This document shows, one piece after another, positions 1 through 9,463 of a stretch of 64,000 bases of DNA (position 1 is the first letter of the stretch; every line of letters begins with the position of its first letter). The position numbers and the translations under genes are program-made. The notes beneath the pieces are model-generated. The model saw only the letters and a list, made by a program, of their open reading frames with translations. It did not search any database and was not told where the DNA came from. The stretch is taken from contig DATFTC010000425.1 in assembly GCA_035262305.1 (NCBI GenBank), forward strand, positions 1 through 64,000, given 5' to 3'. Source of the stretch: Myxococcaceae bacterium (GTDB lineage Bacteria > Myxococcota > Myxococcia > Myxococcales > Myxococcaceae).

Positions 1-653
1 CGGGCTTCGAGACATTGCTCGGGCGCCATGTAGTGCGCGGTCCCCAGCCGCTGCGCTGGCCGCGTCAACGTCTCGGTGAAGACCGGTCCCGACTCATCCG
101 TAAACCGAGCGAGGCCGAGGTCGAGCAAAGCGACGCCGCCCTCGCGTCGCAGAAAAACATTCTCCGGTTTGAGGTCGCGATGAATGATTCCGGCCTCGTG
201 CATGCGAGCGACGGGTTCACAGATATCGTCGAAGAACTTGAGCGTCTCCGCTGGAGCCAGAGCTCCTGCACCCGGAAGCAACGCCAGCAGTTCGGCCAGC
301 GATTCTCCTCTGAGAAGCTCGAGGGCGAGAAAAGGTTCGCCCAGGCGGGTTTGCCCCTTTTCTAGGAGCCTCGGCGCGACACCTGGCGGCAAGCGTCCCA
401 AGGCGAACGCCTCTCGCTCGAAACGTTCTGTCGCCGCGGCGTCACCGACCTTGACTGCGACCTCGTCGCCGCCCGCGCTGCGACGCGCCGCATAGACGCG
501 CGCGAACCCGCCTCTGCCGATCAGCGAGAGCAACTGATACTTCGGAACATCAGGGCGCTCGGGCTCGGGCCTGACCGCCTCAGCCGGACGGGCGCCATCG
601 ACCGGGCAAGCAGCGCCTGCTGCGAGGCGCCGATGACATTGGGGACAGCGCAT
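1..653 (-). CDS. Ser/Thr protein kinase, 5' portion only; the gene runs off the window start. N-terminal Cys-rich zinc-ribbon-like segment.
   Basis: Minus-strand translation from the ATG at 653 reads MRCPQCHRRLAAGAACPVDG...KYQLLSLIGRGGFARVYAA...EVAVKV... and later IIHRDLKPENVFLRREGGVALLDLGLAR, covering Hanks subdomains I, II, VIb and VII. It is absent from the ORF track because there is no in-window stop. Confidence 0.75.
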   Translation of the reverse strand, partial: MRCPQCHRRLAAGAACPVDGARPAEAVRPEPERPDVPKYQLLSLIGRGGFARVYAARRSAGGDEVAVKVGDAAATERFEREAFALGRLPPGVAPRLLEKGQTRLGEPFLALELLRGESLAELLALLPGAGALAPAETLKFFDDICEPVARMHEAGIIHRDLKPENVFLRREGGVALLDLGLARFTDESGPVFTETLTRPAQRLGTAHYMAPEQCLEA

Positions 654-1087
654 CGGCGGGGACTTTAGCCCGACCCGCGGCGATTTCGATCGACGGGTGT
701 TGCAATCTTGTGACGGCAGAGGACTCGAGCGTGGATTAACAGGCAACAACGGCACAGCGGGCGCGTTCTAACGGGCCCCGGCCCTTGGGCCGAGATTCCA
801 TTTTTCGCGGCAGCGCTCTTGCATTCCGCTGTCGCAGCTCACTCATTCCCTCGTCGGGCGCCGGCGAGATTGGTGCATCGATGGCGGTGTTGCGGGTTGT
901 TTTGCTTGGGATGACGGCTTTGACTGTGCTGGTGATTGTCGTTCTCAACGCGGTCTCGGGGCGGCGGGAATCTTCGCGAAGGAACCAGCTCATCGCGTAT
1001 GAACCCACGGATATCCTTGGAGTGGGCTCACGCGCGAAGCGCGAAGCGAAGCGCCGAGTTACCTCCAAGAGGCGTTTGTAACACTCT

Positions 1088-1852
1088 TCAGAACACGTAG
1101 CCCACGGAGCCGCGCACCAGCAGGCCTGATCCGACGGGCGTGAATTCCGGACCCGCCGTCATGTTCAGCCTCAGCGTGCTGTGTGGAACCATGATCGTCG
1201 TGCTCGGACCAATGAAATGCCGACCGCCCCCGCCGGCGTCGACTTCCGAGCCGCCGACCCCCTCCAGCTCCTCGCCCAAATACTCCACGCCGCCTTGCAG
1301 CCAATCGGTCAAACGCATCGCCGCGCCCGCAGTCGCAAACACGTCGAGCGCATCGCGGCCAGCGTGGAAATAATGAGCGGCTCGAACATTGGCGACAAAT
1401 CGCAACCTGCCAACCTCCGATGAAAGAAGCAGGGCTGCCTCCGCCGCGTTCTGCTGCTGCCAGTCGCGCTGGTAACCCGCGGAGGCGGCCACGCTGAGCG
1501 GCAGTCCCAATGGGCGGTCCAACAGCTTGAATCGCACCTCGGCTCGAGCGTCAGCGAGGCCCCAGCCGCGGCTGGGGACCTGCGAGATGCCGACGCTCCC
1601 CGAGAGCTCCACTCCCTTGACCAACCCAGCCGAGGCGGCCAGCCACGAGCTTCCCTGGTACGCGTCATCTAAACGAGCCGTGTGGTTCTGCGGCAGCCCG
1701 TTGTAGCCAGCGCCGGTCTCAACCGCGACCTGAGCGGGCTCGAGCGTTGGCCCGACTCGCGACATGACAAACGGCTGCCAAACCTCGTCTGTCTGTGCAG
1801 CTGACTCGACCGACGCCAAAACGATGCTGAGAATTGGTATGAGTTTTCGCAT
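1088..1852 (-). CDS. Putative outer-membrane beta-barrel protein with a signal peptide and a C-terminal aromatic residue.
   Basis: N-terminus MRKLIPILSIVLASVESAAQ looks like a signal peptide. The protein is Gly/Ser/Ala-rich with alternating hydrophobic residues and ends ...VRGSVGYVF, an OMP-like terminal Phe. Confidence 0.45.
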   Translation of the reverse strand: MRKLIPILSIVLASVESAAQTDEVWQPFVMSRVGPTLEPAQVAVETGAGYNGLPQNHTARLDDAYQGSSWLAASAGLVKGVELSGSVGISQVPSRGWGLADARAEVRFKLLDRPLGLPLSVAASAGYQRDWQQQNAAEAALLLSSEVGRLRFVANVRAAHYFHAGRDALDVFATAGAAMRLTDWLQGGVEYLGEELEGVGGSEVDAGGGGRHFIGPSTTIMVPHSTLRLNMTAGPEFTPVGSGLLVRGSVGYVF

Positions 1853-2065
1853 TTCAGTCTTCCTCGAGACTCCCCAGTAGAAGAATCCGCGGCCGGGCAG
1901 CGCGTGTTTTATTTGAGACGCTACCCCGCCGAGGTTCAGAGGTTAAAACACGTTGCCTTGGCGGACGTTCGGCGACGGGTTAACGAACAGGTGACCGTCA
2001 GAGGTGTAACCGGCGCCGAACGCCAGTGAATCGAAACACGTGCATGAGCTCTGCACATGGACCGC

Positions 2066-4984
2066 CTAGTTTGCGAGCAGCATCTTGCGATTCGCCGACA
2101 GGTCGCGTCCATCGCGCAAGACAGGGTAGGGGACATTTTCGCCCTTGATGCCCTGCCAAAGCACGCGGTTAAACAGGTTCGCGTCGACGCTGTCCTCTCG
2201 GCTAAAGTCCTGACCGGTCAACGCGCGGTCCCAGTATTGGGCGGTTTGTAATGGCCAAACGCTCGCGCTTTGGAAGGCGGTCGGGTTCATCGGGACGGCT
2301 CCGGGCACCGGCAGGTCGGTCGTGCGGAGCACCTCGGGGACAATCGCATCGTACGTCCAGGGGCGCGGCCGCGACATTGGCTCGAAAACGTCTGTCATCG
2401 GCGTGGCAAGCCCGTCGGTGAGGCCCATGGGGTCCAGCCCGAGCACCTCTTCGATGGTTCGGATCATGTTGACGGTGTTGTACGGTCGAGAGATGACGGC
2501 GCCTTGGCGCACATAAGGGCCGACGACATAGCCCACGCTCCGGTGCGCATCGACATGGTCCGGGCCATCCTGGGCGTCATCCTCCAGAATGAATACCAGG
2601 GTGTCGTTAGCGAAAGGGCTGTGGGCGATCTTGTCTACGAGCAAACCGATGGCGTAATCATTGTCTGCCAGCTGTTTCTCCGGCGTGTTGACATGGTAGC
2701 GCGCGGTCCCAAAAGCCCCGAAGTGATCATGCGGAAAGCGGACGAACTCGAGATTGGGCATTTCACCCGCCGCGACGTATTGGTCAAACTCTCGCTCCCA
2801 TTCCTTGAAATTGTAGAAGTCGGCGTTGTTTTGGTCATAGCCTCGGAAGAAAACGTCGGTGATGTCCTGGAGCGCCGCCTTGGTGGGGAGGAATTGACGG
2901 ATGCCCTGCGCAAACGGGTCGGGAACGATGGGAATGGCTGGTAATCCCGGGAGATCTTGATACCGAGACAGATCTCCATAGCAACCATAGTTGCGCACTG
3001 AAAGCCCGCGTCTGAGTGCCGCGTCCCAGAGGTATTCGCCCTCGGCTGTATCGCCAGGGGCCTCGGGACTGACATCATCGACCGCTCCGGGCATTAGGTC
3101 GGGATCGTCTGGGGTGAGCGGCTGGAATTCTTGCCTGGCTTCTACCGTCGCGAGCCCGACATTGATGTTGCGATTTGTTCCTTCCCAATCATAGGTCAAG
3201 CCGCGGCCGGCGTAGTTCAGAAACTGCGTCTTCTCAACGATATCAGTCGTCCGCGCGGCAGTGCTCCAATTCCAGCCCACGCCGCTGACCTCGCCGCTGT
3301 CGAAGAAAGCGTCCAGCGTAACGAACTGCCTCGCTAGAGCGTGGTGATTCGGCGACATCGGCTCGGGGAAGAGCGTCAAGCTCGGATCTCCGTTTCCAAC
3401 CTCAAGGTCCCCAAGCACCTGATCGTAGGTTCGATTTTCCTTGATGATGTAGATCACGTGGCGGATTCGTCCGCGGAGGAACTCCATCACCTGCTCCTCG
3501 TACGGGTCGCGTTGATCCACGAAATGGTTGTTGATTCCGACCTGCTGGGTGAGGCGCATGAGCGCGCGGCCGGAAGGAAGCGGGAGACTGAGCAGCCCCG
3601 CCTTTTCTGTCTGGAGAACATACTGATTGTGCGAAGTGCATGTCGGTGGAGGACTCGTTTCAAGGGTATCGCGACATGCGCCCGGATTGGGTCCGGGGAG
3701 GTTCTTGCCGTTCACCACGAAGAGACGGCTGCCATCGGGGCTGACCACCACCGAGTTCGGATACCAACCGGTCGGAATTAGGCCGACCACCCTACTGCGC
3801 CCTCCGTCCGAATCTACCTCACCGGAGTCATCCTCAGAATCCGCTCCGCACGTCCGGCCCAATCGCACCACCGCGACGGAGTTGGTGCCGCCATTGGTGA
3901 CGTAGAGCGTCCGTTCATCCGGAGAAAGCGCCAGGCTGTTCGGATTCGCTCCCTTCCAGCCCATCCTATTCGCAAACACCTCGCGGGGCGCCGTGGTTTG
4001 GAATTGTTCGAGTACTTGATCCGTCGATGTGTCAATGATGGAGACAGAGTCGCTGCTTCCATTGCTCACGAAAAGGCGCGTCTGGGAACGGTTGAAGATC
4101 ATTCGATTTGGCTGCCCACCGACGGCGATGCGGTTGATCACTTGCGCTGACTGCAAGTCAACGACGACAACTTCGCGGTCGCGCGTGCTTGACACGTACG
4201 CTTTGTCATCGCCGTGGATGGCGACCCAGGTCGGGAACTCGCCGCCGGCAACGCCTTGGCTAGACGGGTCAACCTTTCCAGGGCGAAGCTGGACTTCCTT
4301 GGTGGCGATGCGGGACTTCAAATCTAAAATACTGACCGAGTCGTTCTCGAAGTTCGCCACCATGGCGGTGTTTCCGCTCGCGTTGATCGCGATTCCGGCA
4401 GCCTGCGGCCCTGGAAGCAGTGGGAACAGCGGCTTCAGGCCAAGATCGATCGACGGAAGGGACTCCGCCCACGAGCCATCCTTTTGCCGGCGGTAGATGT
4501 GGACGCTGTCATCTGCACCACCGCTGACCAGAAACGCGTCGCCATCCGGAGCCCAAGCCAACCCGTCGAAGGTATTGTGAACCTGGATCACCTGCTGCTG
4601 CGCTGGCGGCTCGACCGAGGCATCGAAGACAAAGACGTATTCGTTCGATTCCTCGGGAATGTCGCGACCGTCCGCTCCCCTGTTCCGGTTGTAGCCGCTG
4701 GTCAGGACGAGGAGCGTCCTGCCGTCCGGACCCAAGGCAGCAGTCACCGCTTGCCCTGCAATGAAGTCCGGACGCGATGGCAACCCAGGGTTTAACGTTT
4801 GGAACGTGGAGCCGACCGCTGCGATCGGGGTGATGTACGCTCCGGTCGGAAGCAGGATCGGGCTGCTGCGGATGTCCTCCCGGCTCGACTGCTGGCCGGA
4901 GCCACCGCCTTGATCCAGTCGCCCGCTGCACGCCGCCCAGCCCAAAGACAGACAAAGACAAACTACGACACGTCGTTGTGACAT
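2066..4984 (-). CDS. Lipoprotein fusing an N-terminal YVTN-type beta-propeller to a C-terminal phosphoesterase domain (phospholipase C / acid phosphatase AcpA family).
   Basis: Lipobox-like N-terminus (CLCLSLGWAACSG). Repeated propeller blades (LYVTNGGTNSVAVV, LFVSNGSSDSVSIID, AYVSSTRDREVVVVD). C-terminal HVIYIIKENRTYDQVLGDL matches the phosphoesterase-family signature. Confidence 0.65.
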   Translation of the reverse strand: MSQRRVVVCLCLSLGWAACSGRLDQGGGSGQQSSREDIRSSPILLPTGAYITPIAAVGSTFQTLNPGLPSRPDFIAGQAVTAALGPDGRTLLVLTSGYNRNRGADGRDIPEESNEYVFVFDASVEPPAQQQVIQVHNTFDGLAWAPDGDAFLVSGGADDSVHIYRRQKDGSWAESLPSIDLGLKPLFPLLPGPQAAGIAINASGNTAMVANFENDSVSILDLKSRIATKEVQLRPGKVDPSSQGVAGGEFPTWVAIHGDDKAYVSSTRDREVVVVDLQSAQVINRIAVGGQPNRMIFNRSQTRLFVSNGSSDSVSIIDTSTDQVLEQFQTTAPREVFANRMGWKGANPNSLALSPDERTLYVTNGGTNSVAVVRLGRTCGADSEDDSGEVDSDGGRSRVVGLIPTGWYPNSVVVSPDGSRLFVVNGKNLPGPNPGACRDTLETSPPPTCTSHNQYVLQTEKAGLLSLPLPSGRALMRLTQQVGINNHFVDQRDPYEEQVMEFLRGRIRHVIYIIKENRTYDQVLGDLEVGNGDPSLTLFPEPMSPNHHALARQFVTLDAFFDSGEVSGVGWNWSTAARTTDIVEKTQFLNYAGRGLTYDWEGTNRNINVGLATVEARQEFQPLTPDDPDLMPGAVDDVSPEAPGDTAEGEYLWDAALRRGLSVRNYGCYGDLSRYQDLPGLPAIPIVPDPFAQGIRQFLPTKAALQDITDVFFRGYDQNNADFYNFKEWEREFDQYVAAGEMPNLEFVRFPHDHFGAFGTARYHVNTPEKQLADNDYAIGLLVDKIAHSPFANDTLVFILEDDAQDGPDHVDAHRSVGYVVGPYVRQGAVISRPYNTVNMIRTIEEVLGLDPMGLTDGLATPMTDVFEPMSRPRPWTYDAIVPEVLRTTDLPVPGAVPMNPTAFQSASVWPLQTAQYWDRALTGQDFSREDSVDANLFNRVLWQGIKGENVPYPVLRDGRDLSANRKMLLAN

Positions 4985-5109
4985 GACTCCCCCCGCGTTG
5001 AAGAAGGCGGAGGGTGTCTACCACTCTTGTGTGTCTTGGCGTCGCAACAGTTGCGTAAATTCTTCGTACGCGAAATGTTGCATCTTCGCTATTCGACAGC
5101 GCACCACCG

Positions 5110-6498
5110 TCAGAGCTTGTTCAGACCGTCGAATGCCGCCACCTTGTAGCCTTCGGCGAGCGTGGGGTAATTGAAAACCGTGTCACGAAAATATTCGATG
5201 GTGCCGCCAAACGAGAGTACCGCTTGCCCGACGTGAATGATCTCCGTGGCGCGCTCGCCGATGATGTGAACGCCGAGCAGCTTGAGCGTCTTGCGGTGGA
5301 AGAGGATCTTCAACATTCCGCTCTCATCTCCCAGCATCATGCTCTTTGCCAGCTCCGCATACTTGGCGGTTCCAACTTCATACGGGACCTTCGCGGCGGT
5401 CAGCTGCTCCTCCGTTTGACCGACCATCGAGATTTCCGGAATGGTGTAGATCCCGTAAGGAAACAATTGCGCCGCTTGACACACCGGAGCGCCGAACATG
5501 TGACTGGTGGCGAGTCGCCCCTGCTCCATCGACGTGCTGGCGAGGGCGGGGAAGCCGATCACGTCCCCGGCGGCGTAAACGTGCGGCACGGCCGTCTGAA
5601 AAACGTCGTTCACCGCTACCTTTCCGCGCGGACCGACCTCCAGGCCGGCGCCAGCGAGGTTGAGCTGATCCCCATTTGCCTGGCGGCCGACGGCATAGAG
5701 CAGGCCGTCGGCTTCGATTCGCTTTCCGCTCTCCAGCTCGGCGAACACGCGCTCGCGATCTGCGGCAAAGCCGACCGAGGTGACTCTCTCACCGAGCCTG
5801 AAGGTCATCCCCAGCTGGCGAAGGTGATAGCTGAGCGCCTCTAGGATTTCTCGATCGACGAAATCGAGGATCGCCGGACGCTGGTCGATCAACGTGACTT
5901 TGGCGCCCAGCGCGGCAAGGAACGACGCGTACTCGAGACCGACCACGCCGGCGCCGACGACGATCGCTCGCTGGGGGACGCGCGGCATGGAATGAAACTG
6001 ATCGGTGTCGATGATGCGGTGGCCGTCGAAGGGAATATCCGTGGGGCGACACGGCCGCGTGCCGCAAGCGATGAGAACCCGCTCGGCGTTGAGGGTGACC
6101 GGGCGGTCGTCGTTCGCCACCTCCACCGTGTGAGGGTCAATGAATCGAGCTGTGCCCTCGAAAACGGCGACCCCATTTCGCTTCAGCTGGGCATGGATGA
6201 CCTGCGTCTCCCGCTCGACGATGGTGTTCACGCGAAAGGCGAGGTCCTGGACCGAAATGTTTTCCTTCAATGAATAGTCCCGGCCGTAAAAGGTGCGCTC
6301 GGTGAAGCCGGTCAGGTGCAGGATCGCCTCGCGGACCGTCTTGCTTGGAATGGTGCCCGTATGCACACTCACCCCTCCCAGCATTGGCCTGCGGTCGATC
6401 AGCGCCACTCGTTTGTGGAGCTTTGCCGCGTTGATCGCGCCTTTTTGTCCTGCGGGGCCGCTGCCGATCACTACCACCTCGTAGATCGGTGCGCCCAT
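5110..6498 (-). CDS. sthA: Soluble pyridine nucleotide transhydrogenase (FAD/NAD(P)-binding disulfide-oxidoreductase family).
   Basis: MGAPIYEVVVIGSGPAGQKGA...GGVSVHTGTIPSK... and a C-terminal GIYTIPEISMVGQTEEQLTAAKVPYEVGTAKYAELA...LKILFHR...TIEYF...FNYPTLAEGYKVAA. The N- and C-terminal blocks match my recollection of E. coli SthA (466 aa); this protein is 462 aa. Confidence 0.75.
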   Translation of the reverse strand: MGAPIYEVVVIGSGPAGQKGAINAAKLHKRVALIDRRPMLGGVSVHTGTIPSKTVREAILHLTGFTERTFYGRDYSLKENISVQDLAFRVNTIVERETQVIHAQLKRNGVAVFEGTARFIDPHTVEVANDDRPVTLNAERVLIACGTRPCRPTDIPFDGHRIIDTDQFHSMPRVPQRAIVVGAGVVGLEYASFLAALGAKVTLIDQRPAILDFVDREILEALSYHLRQLGMTFRLGERVTSVGFAADRERVFAELESGKRIEADGLLYAVGRQANGDQLNLAGAGLEVGPRGKVAVNDVFQTAVPHVYAAGDVIGFPALASTSMEQGRLATSHMFGAPVCQAAQLFPYGIYTIPEISMVGQTEEQLTAAKVPYEVGTAKYAELAKSMMLGDESGMLKILFHRKTLKLLGVHIIGERATEIIHVGQAVLSFGGTIEYFRDTVFNYPTLAEGYKVAAFDGLNKL

Positions 6499-6716
6499 CG
6501 GTCGAAGGTATAGTGCCAGCCCCTTCGCCTATCCATAGATTTACCCGAAAACCGTCGCGCGGCGATTCCGTGAAATAGAATTGCCGCTCCGGCGTTCAAC
6601 CCGATGCCCCACGGGGCATTGGGTCTGCCTCTGATGATATCCCTCCAGCGGGCGGGGGCAGACCCTTCCTATATCTCCCGTTTGCGGAAAATTTGCAAAG
6701 GGCAATTCGGCCGCAG

Positions 6717-7583
6717 TCAGCCGGCCAAGCGCTGTTGCTCCCCCCTCACATACTCCCGGGCGTAGTCCGAGAACAGCCCGGCCAGCCGCTGGGTGAGCGG
6801 TCCAGGGACGCTGAGCTGCTGATCCGCAATGCGGGCCACGGGTTGTACACCTCGGGTGGTCGACGAGATGAAGACCTCGTCGGCCTCGTAAAGCTCGCTC
6901 ACCGAAAGGGCCCGCTCGGCGATGTTGATTCCCGCCGCGGGGGCGATCTCGAGCAGGATTTCTCGCGACACGCCGCGCAGGCAACCCGAGCTGCTGGGTG
7001 GAGTAACGATCGCTTGATCGCGAACGCAGAACACGTTCGCCGCCGTGCATTCGGCGACTTCGCCGCGTTCGTTGAGGAGGATTGCGTCGTCGAATCCCTG
7101 CCGGTGGGCCTGCTCGGCGTGCCAAACGTTGTTGAGCCAAGCCGTCACCTTGGTCCCGGTGAGCGGATTGGCGGCGTGGCGACCATCGGGCATCAAGGCG
7201 AGGCGTGCGGGTCCCGATCGCGCCGGCAAGTCGGTGGAATAGATGATCAAATCCACCGCCGGCAGCGCTTCATCGCTGTGCCAAATCGTCGCCTTGTTGG
7301 CGATGAAGTAGACCCGAACGCATCCAGCCCCGACGCGATTGGCCGCGACCACCTGATGAATCGCTTTGCGGACCGCGTTTGGACCCTGGGGAAGGGAGAT
7401 CTGCGTGCGGTCCGCGTCCCGGGCCAGCCGCTCCCAATGCCGCTCGAATGCGAAAGGGATGCCGTCGTAGGTGCGCAGCGTGCTGAACAAGCCCCATCCG
7501 TTAAATAAGCCGGCTTGCCCCGGCGACAGTCGCACCTCTCCCAAGGGCAGCACGCGGTCATTGTGAAAGACGAAAGGATGCAT
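6717..7583 (-). CDS. PLP fold-type IV aminotransferase (branched-chain / D-amino acid aminotransferase or aminodeoxychorismate lyase family).
   Basis: At 288 aa with motifs such as GLFNGWGLFSTLRTYDG and AECTAANVFCV, it resembles class IV aminotransferases. The exact subfamily cannot be resolved by eye. Confidence 0.55.
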   Translation of the reverse strand: MHPFVFHNDRVLPLGEVRLSPGQAGLFNGWGLFSTLRTYDGIPFAFERHWERLARDADRTQISLPQGPNAVRKAIHQVVAANRVGAGCVRVYFIANKATIWHSDEALPAVDLIIYSTDLPARSGPARLALMPDGRHAANPLTGTKVTAWLNNVWHAEQAHRQGFDDAILLNERGEVAECTAANVFCVRDQAIVTPPSSSGCLRGVSREILLEIAPAAGINIAERALSVSELYEADEVFISSTTRGVQPVARIADQQLSVPGPLTQRLAGLFSDYAREYVRGEQQRLAG

Positions 7584-7673
7584 TGACGCCTCCTGCCAAG
7601 CTGCACCACTGATTCGACCTAGCAGGCACTGTTGCTCGCGGCAAGCGGGGAGGGCTGCGCGTCATTTCAGCGA

Positions 7674-8237
7674 TCAACGCCTCCACCAAACCGGCTGTCC
7701 CTGCACTGGATCGAAGTAGATGTGAAAAGAGTCGCACTTCTCGTCGCCCAGGTTGATTCCTTTGCTCCCCCGCGCGGCGGCGAGGTAGAGAAGCTGTGCC
7801 GCCTCGCGCCAGCGGCGACATTCGCGGGCCACCTCGGAGCTTTCGCAAGTTTTCGGGGCATCCTCTGGAATGGAGAGTTTTTCCAAGCGAAGGCGCGCGG
7901 CGCTCGCCGGACCGCACAGGCCGTCTTGGGAGTTCGCGCCAAATTCGAGGATCCAGTGCTTGGATGACTTCCCAAATGGCCCGGCCACGATTCCCACGAA
8001 GACCGAGTTGGCCTTGAGCCCCAGGACGACCGCGTCGGTCTCGCGGTCCAAAGTCACGTCGCTGAGCAAAAGGCTGTCGCGCTTCCACTGAACATCCTCG
8101 CGCCACCGGGAGAGCAATTCGATCGGAGCGGCTTCAGTCCGCTCTTTGAGTGAGTCCGCTTCGGCGAGCGCATCGCGCGCAAGGGCGGCCATGGCGAGGT
8201 GGATGAAGGCGCGCAGTGTCAAACGGGATCGGAGCAT
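7674..8237 (-). CDS. Hypothetical protein. The start was chosen at an internal ATG (MLRSRLTLRAFIHLAMAALA); the ORF extends to 8327.
   Basis: The ORF sits in a coding-dense region between the aminotransferase and the LLM oxidoreductase. No recognisable motif is present. Confidence 0.3.
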   Translation of the reverse strand: MLRSRLTLRAFIHLAMAALARDALAEADSLKERTEAAPIELLSRWREDVQWKRDSLLLSDVTLDRETDAVVLGLKANSVFVGIVAGPFGKSSKHWILEFGANSQDGLCGPASAARLRLEKLSIPEDAPKTCESSEVARECRRWREAAQLLYLAAARGSKGINLGDEKCDSFHIYFDPVQGQPVWWRR

Positions 8238-8392
8238 GGATTGCGCCGCAGAAACTATGCCGAGTCTACGCGATCCTTGTACCGGATGCCGAATCACGGC
8301 AGCGCTGCGGTCGCGCCAAAGCCCCAACCGAGCTGGTTACTCCTTACCCAGGTGCGAGAGCGCAGCCCTGACCTCGAGTGCGAAATCGGGGA

Positions 8393-9463
8393 CTAGCTGA
8401 AATGCGGCATCACCTTTTCTGCAAAAGTGCGGATTGAATCGATGATCAGCTCGTGTGGCACGGTTCCCATCTGCATCACCAGGATCAATTCGTCTACGCC
8501 GATATCGACAAACCTCTGGACCGTTTCTCGCGCGCAGACCGGGTCGCCGACGATGTTTGCCACCTGCGATCCGGCAGCGTTGCGCTGGCGCATCGCCTCC
8601 TCGAGAGCTGCATCCGGCAGGAAATCTCGGGAGACGCTGAGCTCGCCCACGGGACGGTCGCGACCCAGGTAATAGGTGTGAAGGCTCTCGAGAAAAAAAC
8701 GCGCTCCGCGCAACCCGTAGGCGCACGCTTTTCGGTCATCCTCCAAAACCAAAGTCGCCGGCGTGCAGGCGAAGTGGTTATTGACACTCCGACCCACCGG
8801 CTTTGCTCCGCCTACCGCCGATCGATAGTCGCGCACCTTGAGGGCGAGGAAATCGTCGGTGCCGAACGCGAAGTTGAGCGCCCCCAGCCCGAGTTGCCCC
8901 ACGTGCTTGGCGGATTCCGGCTTCGAGCACGCCGCGAACATCGGAGGGTGCGGCTGTTGGATGGGTTTGGGAATGATCTGAGTGGGCGGAATATCGAAGA
9001 AGCGACCCCGGTGCGTGAAGACATCCGCGCTCCACATCCGGGGAATCATCTCCACTGCCTCGAGCCACTGGTCGTGCAGTGTAGCCAGGTCGTTTTCGAA
9101 TGCGTGCTGTTCGACCAGCGAGGAAGATTTCCCGGAGCCCCAATCGACGCGCCCATTGGAGAGGATGTCGAGCGCCGCAATCCGCTCGGCGATTCGAATG
9201 GGATGATTGTAGCGGAAGGGCAGTAGGGTGACGCCGTGTCCGAGGCGGAGGCGCTCGGTTCGGGCGGCCACGAAGGAGAGGAAAATCTCGGGCGCCGACG
9301 AGTGGGAGTACTCGAGCAGCCCGTGGTGTTCGACTTCCCAGATGCCGTGGTATCCAAGCCGGTCGGCGAGGATTGCCTGCTCGACGCATTCGTGAAAGGT
9401 CTTCGCCTCGAGCGATCGAGTGGGCCGAGAGATCTGCATCTCGAAGAACAGTGAAAATTTCAC
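8393..9463 (-). CDS. Luciferase-like monooxygenase (LLM-class flavin-dependent oxidoreductase).
   Basis: VKFSLFFEMQ...LGYHGIWEVEHHGL...GHGVTLLPFRYNHPIRIAERIAALDILSNGRVDWGSGKS is typical of the LLM TIM-barrel fold. The GTG start at 9463 is preceded by GGAGG with 6 nt spacing. Confidence 0.65.
   Translation of the reverse strand: MKFSLFFEMQISRPTRSLEAKTFHECVEQAILADRLGYHGIWEVEHHGLLEYSHSSAPEIFLSFVAARTERLRLGHGVTLLPFRYNHPIRIAERIAALDILSNGRVDWGSGKSSSLVEQHAFENDLATLHDQWLEAVEMIPRMWSADVFTHRGRFFDIPPTQIIPKPIQQPHPPMFAACSKPESAKHVGQLGLGALNFAFGTDDFLALKVRDYRSAVGGAKPVGRSVNNHFACTPATLVLEDDRKACAYGLRGARFFLESLHTYYLGRDRPVGELSVSRDFLPDAALEEAMRQRNAAGSQVANIVGDPVCARETVQRFVDIGVDELILVMQMGTVPHELIIDSIRTFAEKVMPHFS

Noticed and set aside
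785-1081. 98-aa plus-strand ORF containing a hydrophobic stretch (MAVLRVVLLGMTALTVLVIVVL).
   Set aside because: It could be a small membrane protein between the kinase and the OMP, but there is no RBS or conservation evidence, so it is not called.
6541-7508. ORFs 6541-7140 (-) and 6693-7508 (+).
   Set aside because: They overlap the class IV aminotransferase gene in other frames or on the other strand. They are Arg-rich shadow ORFs.
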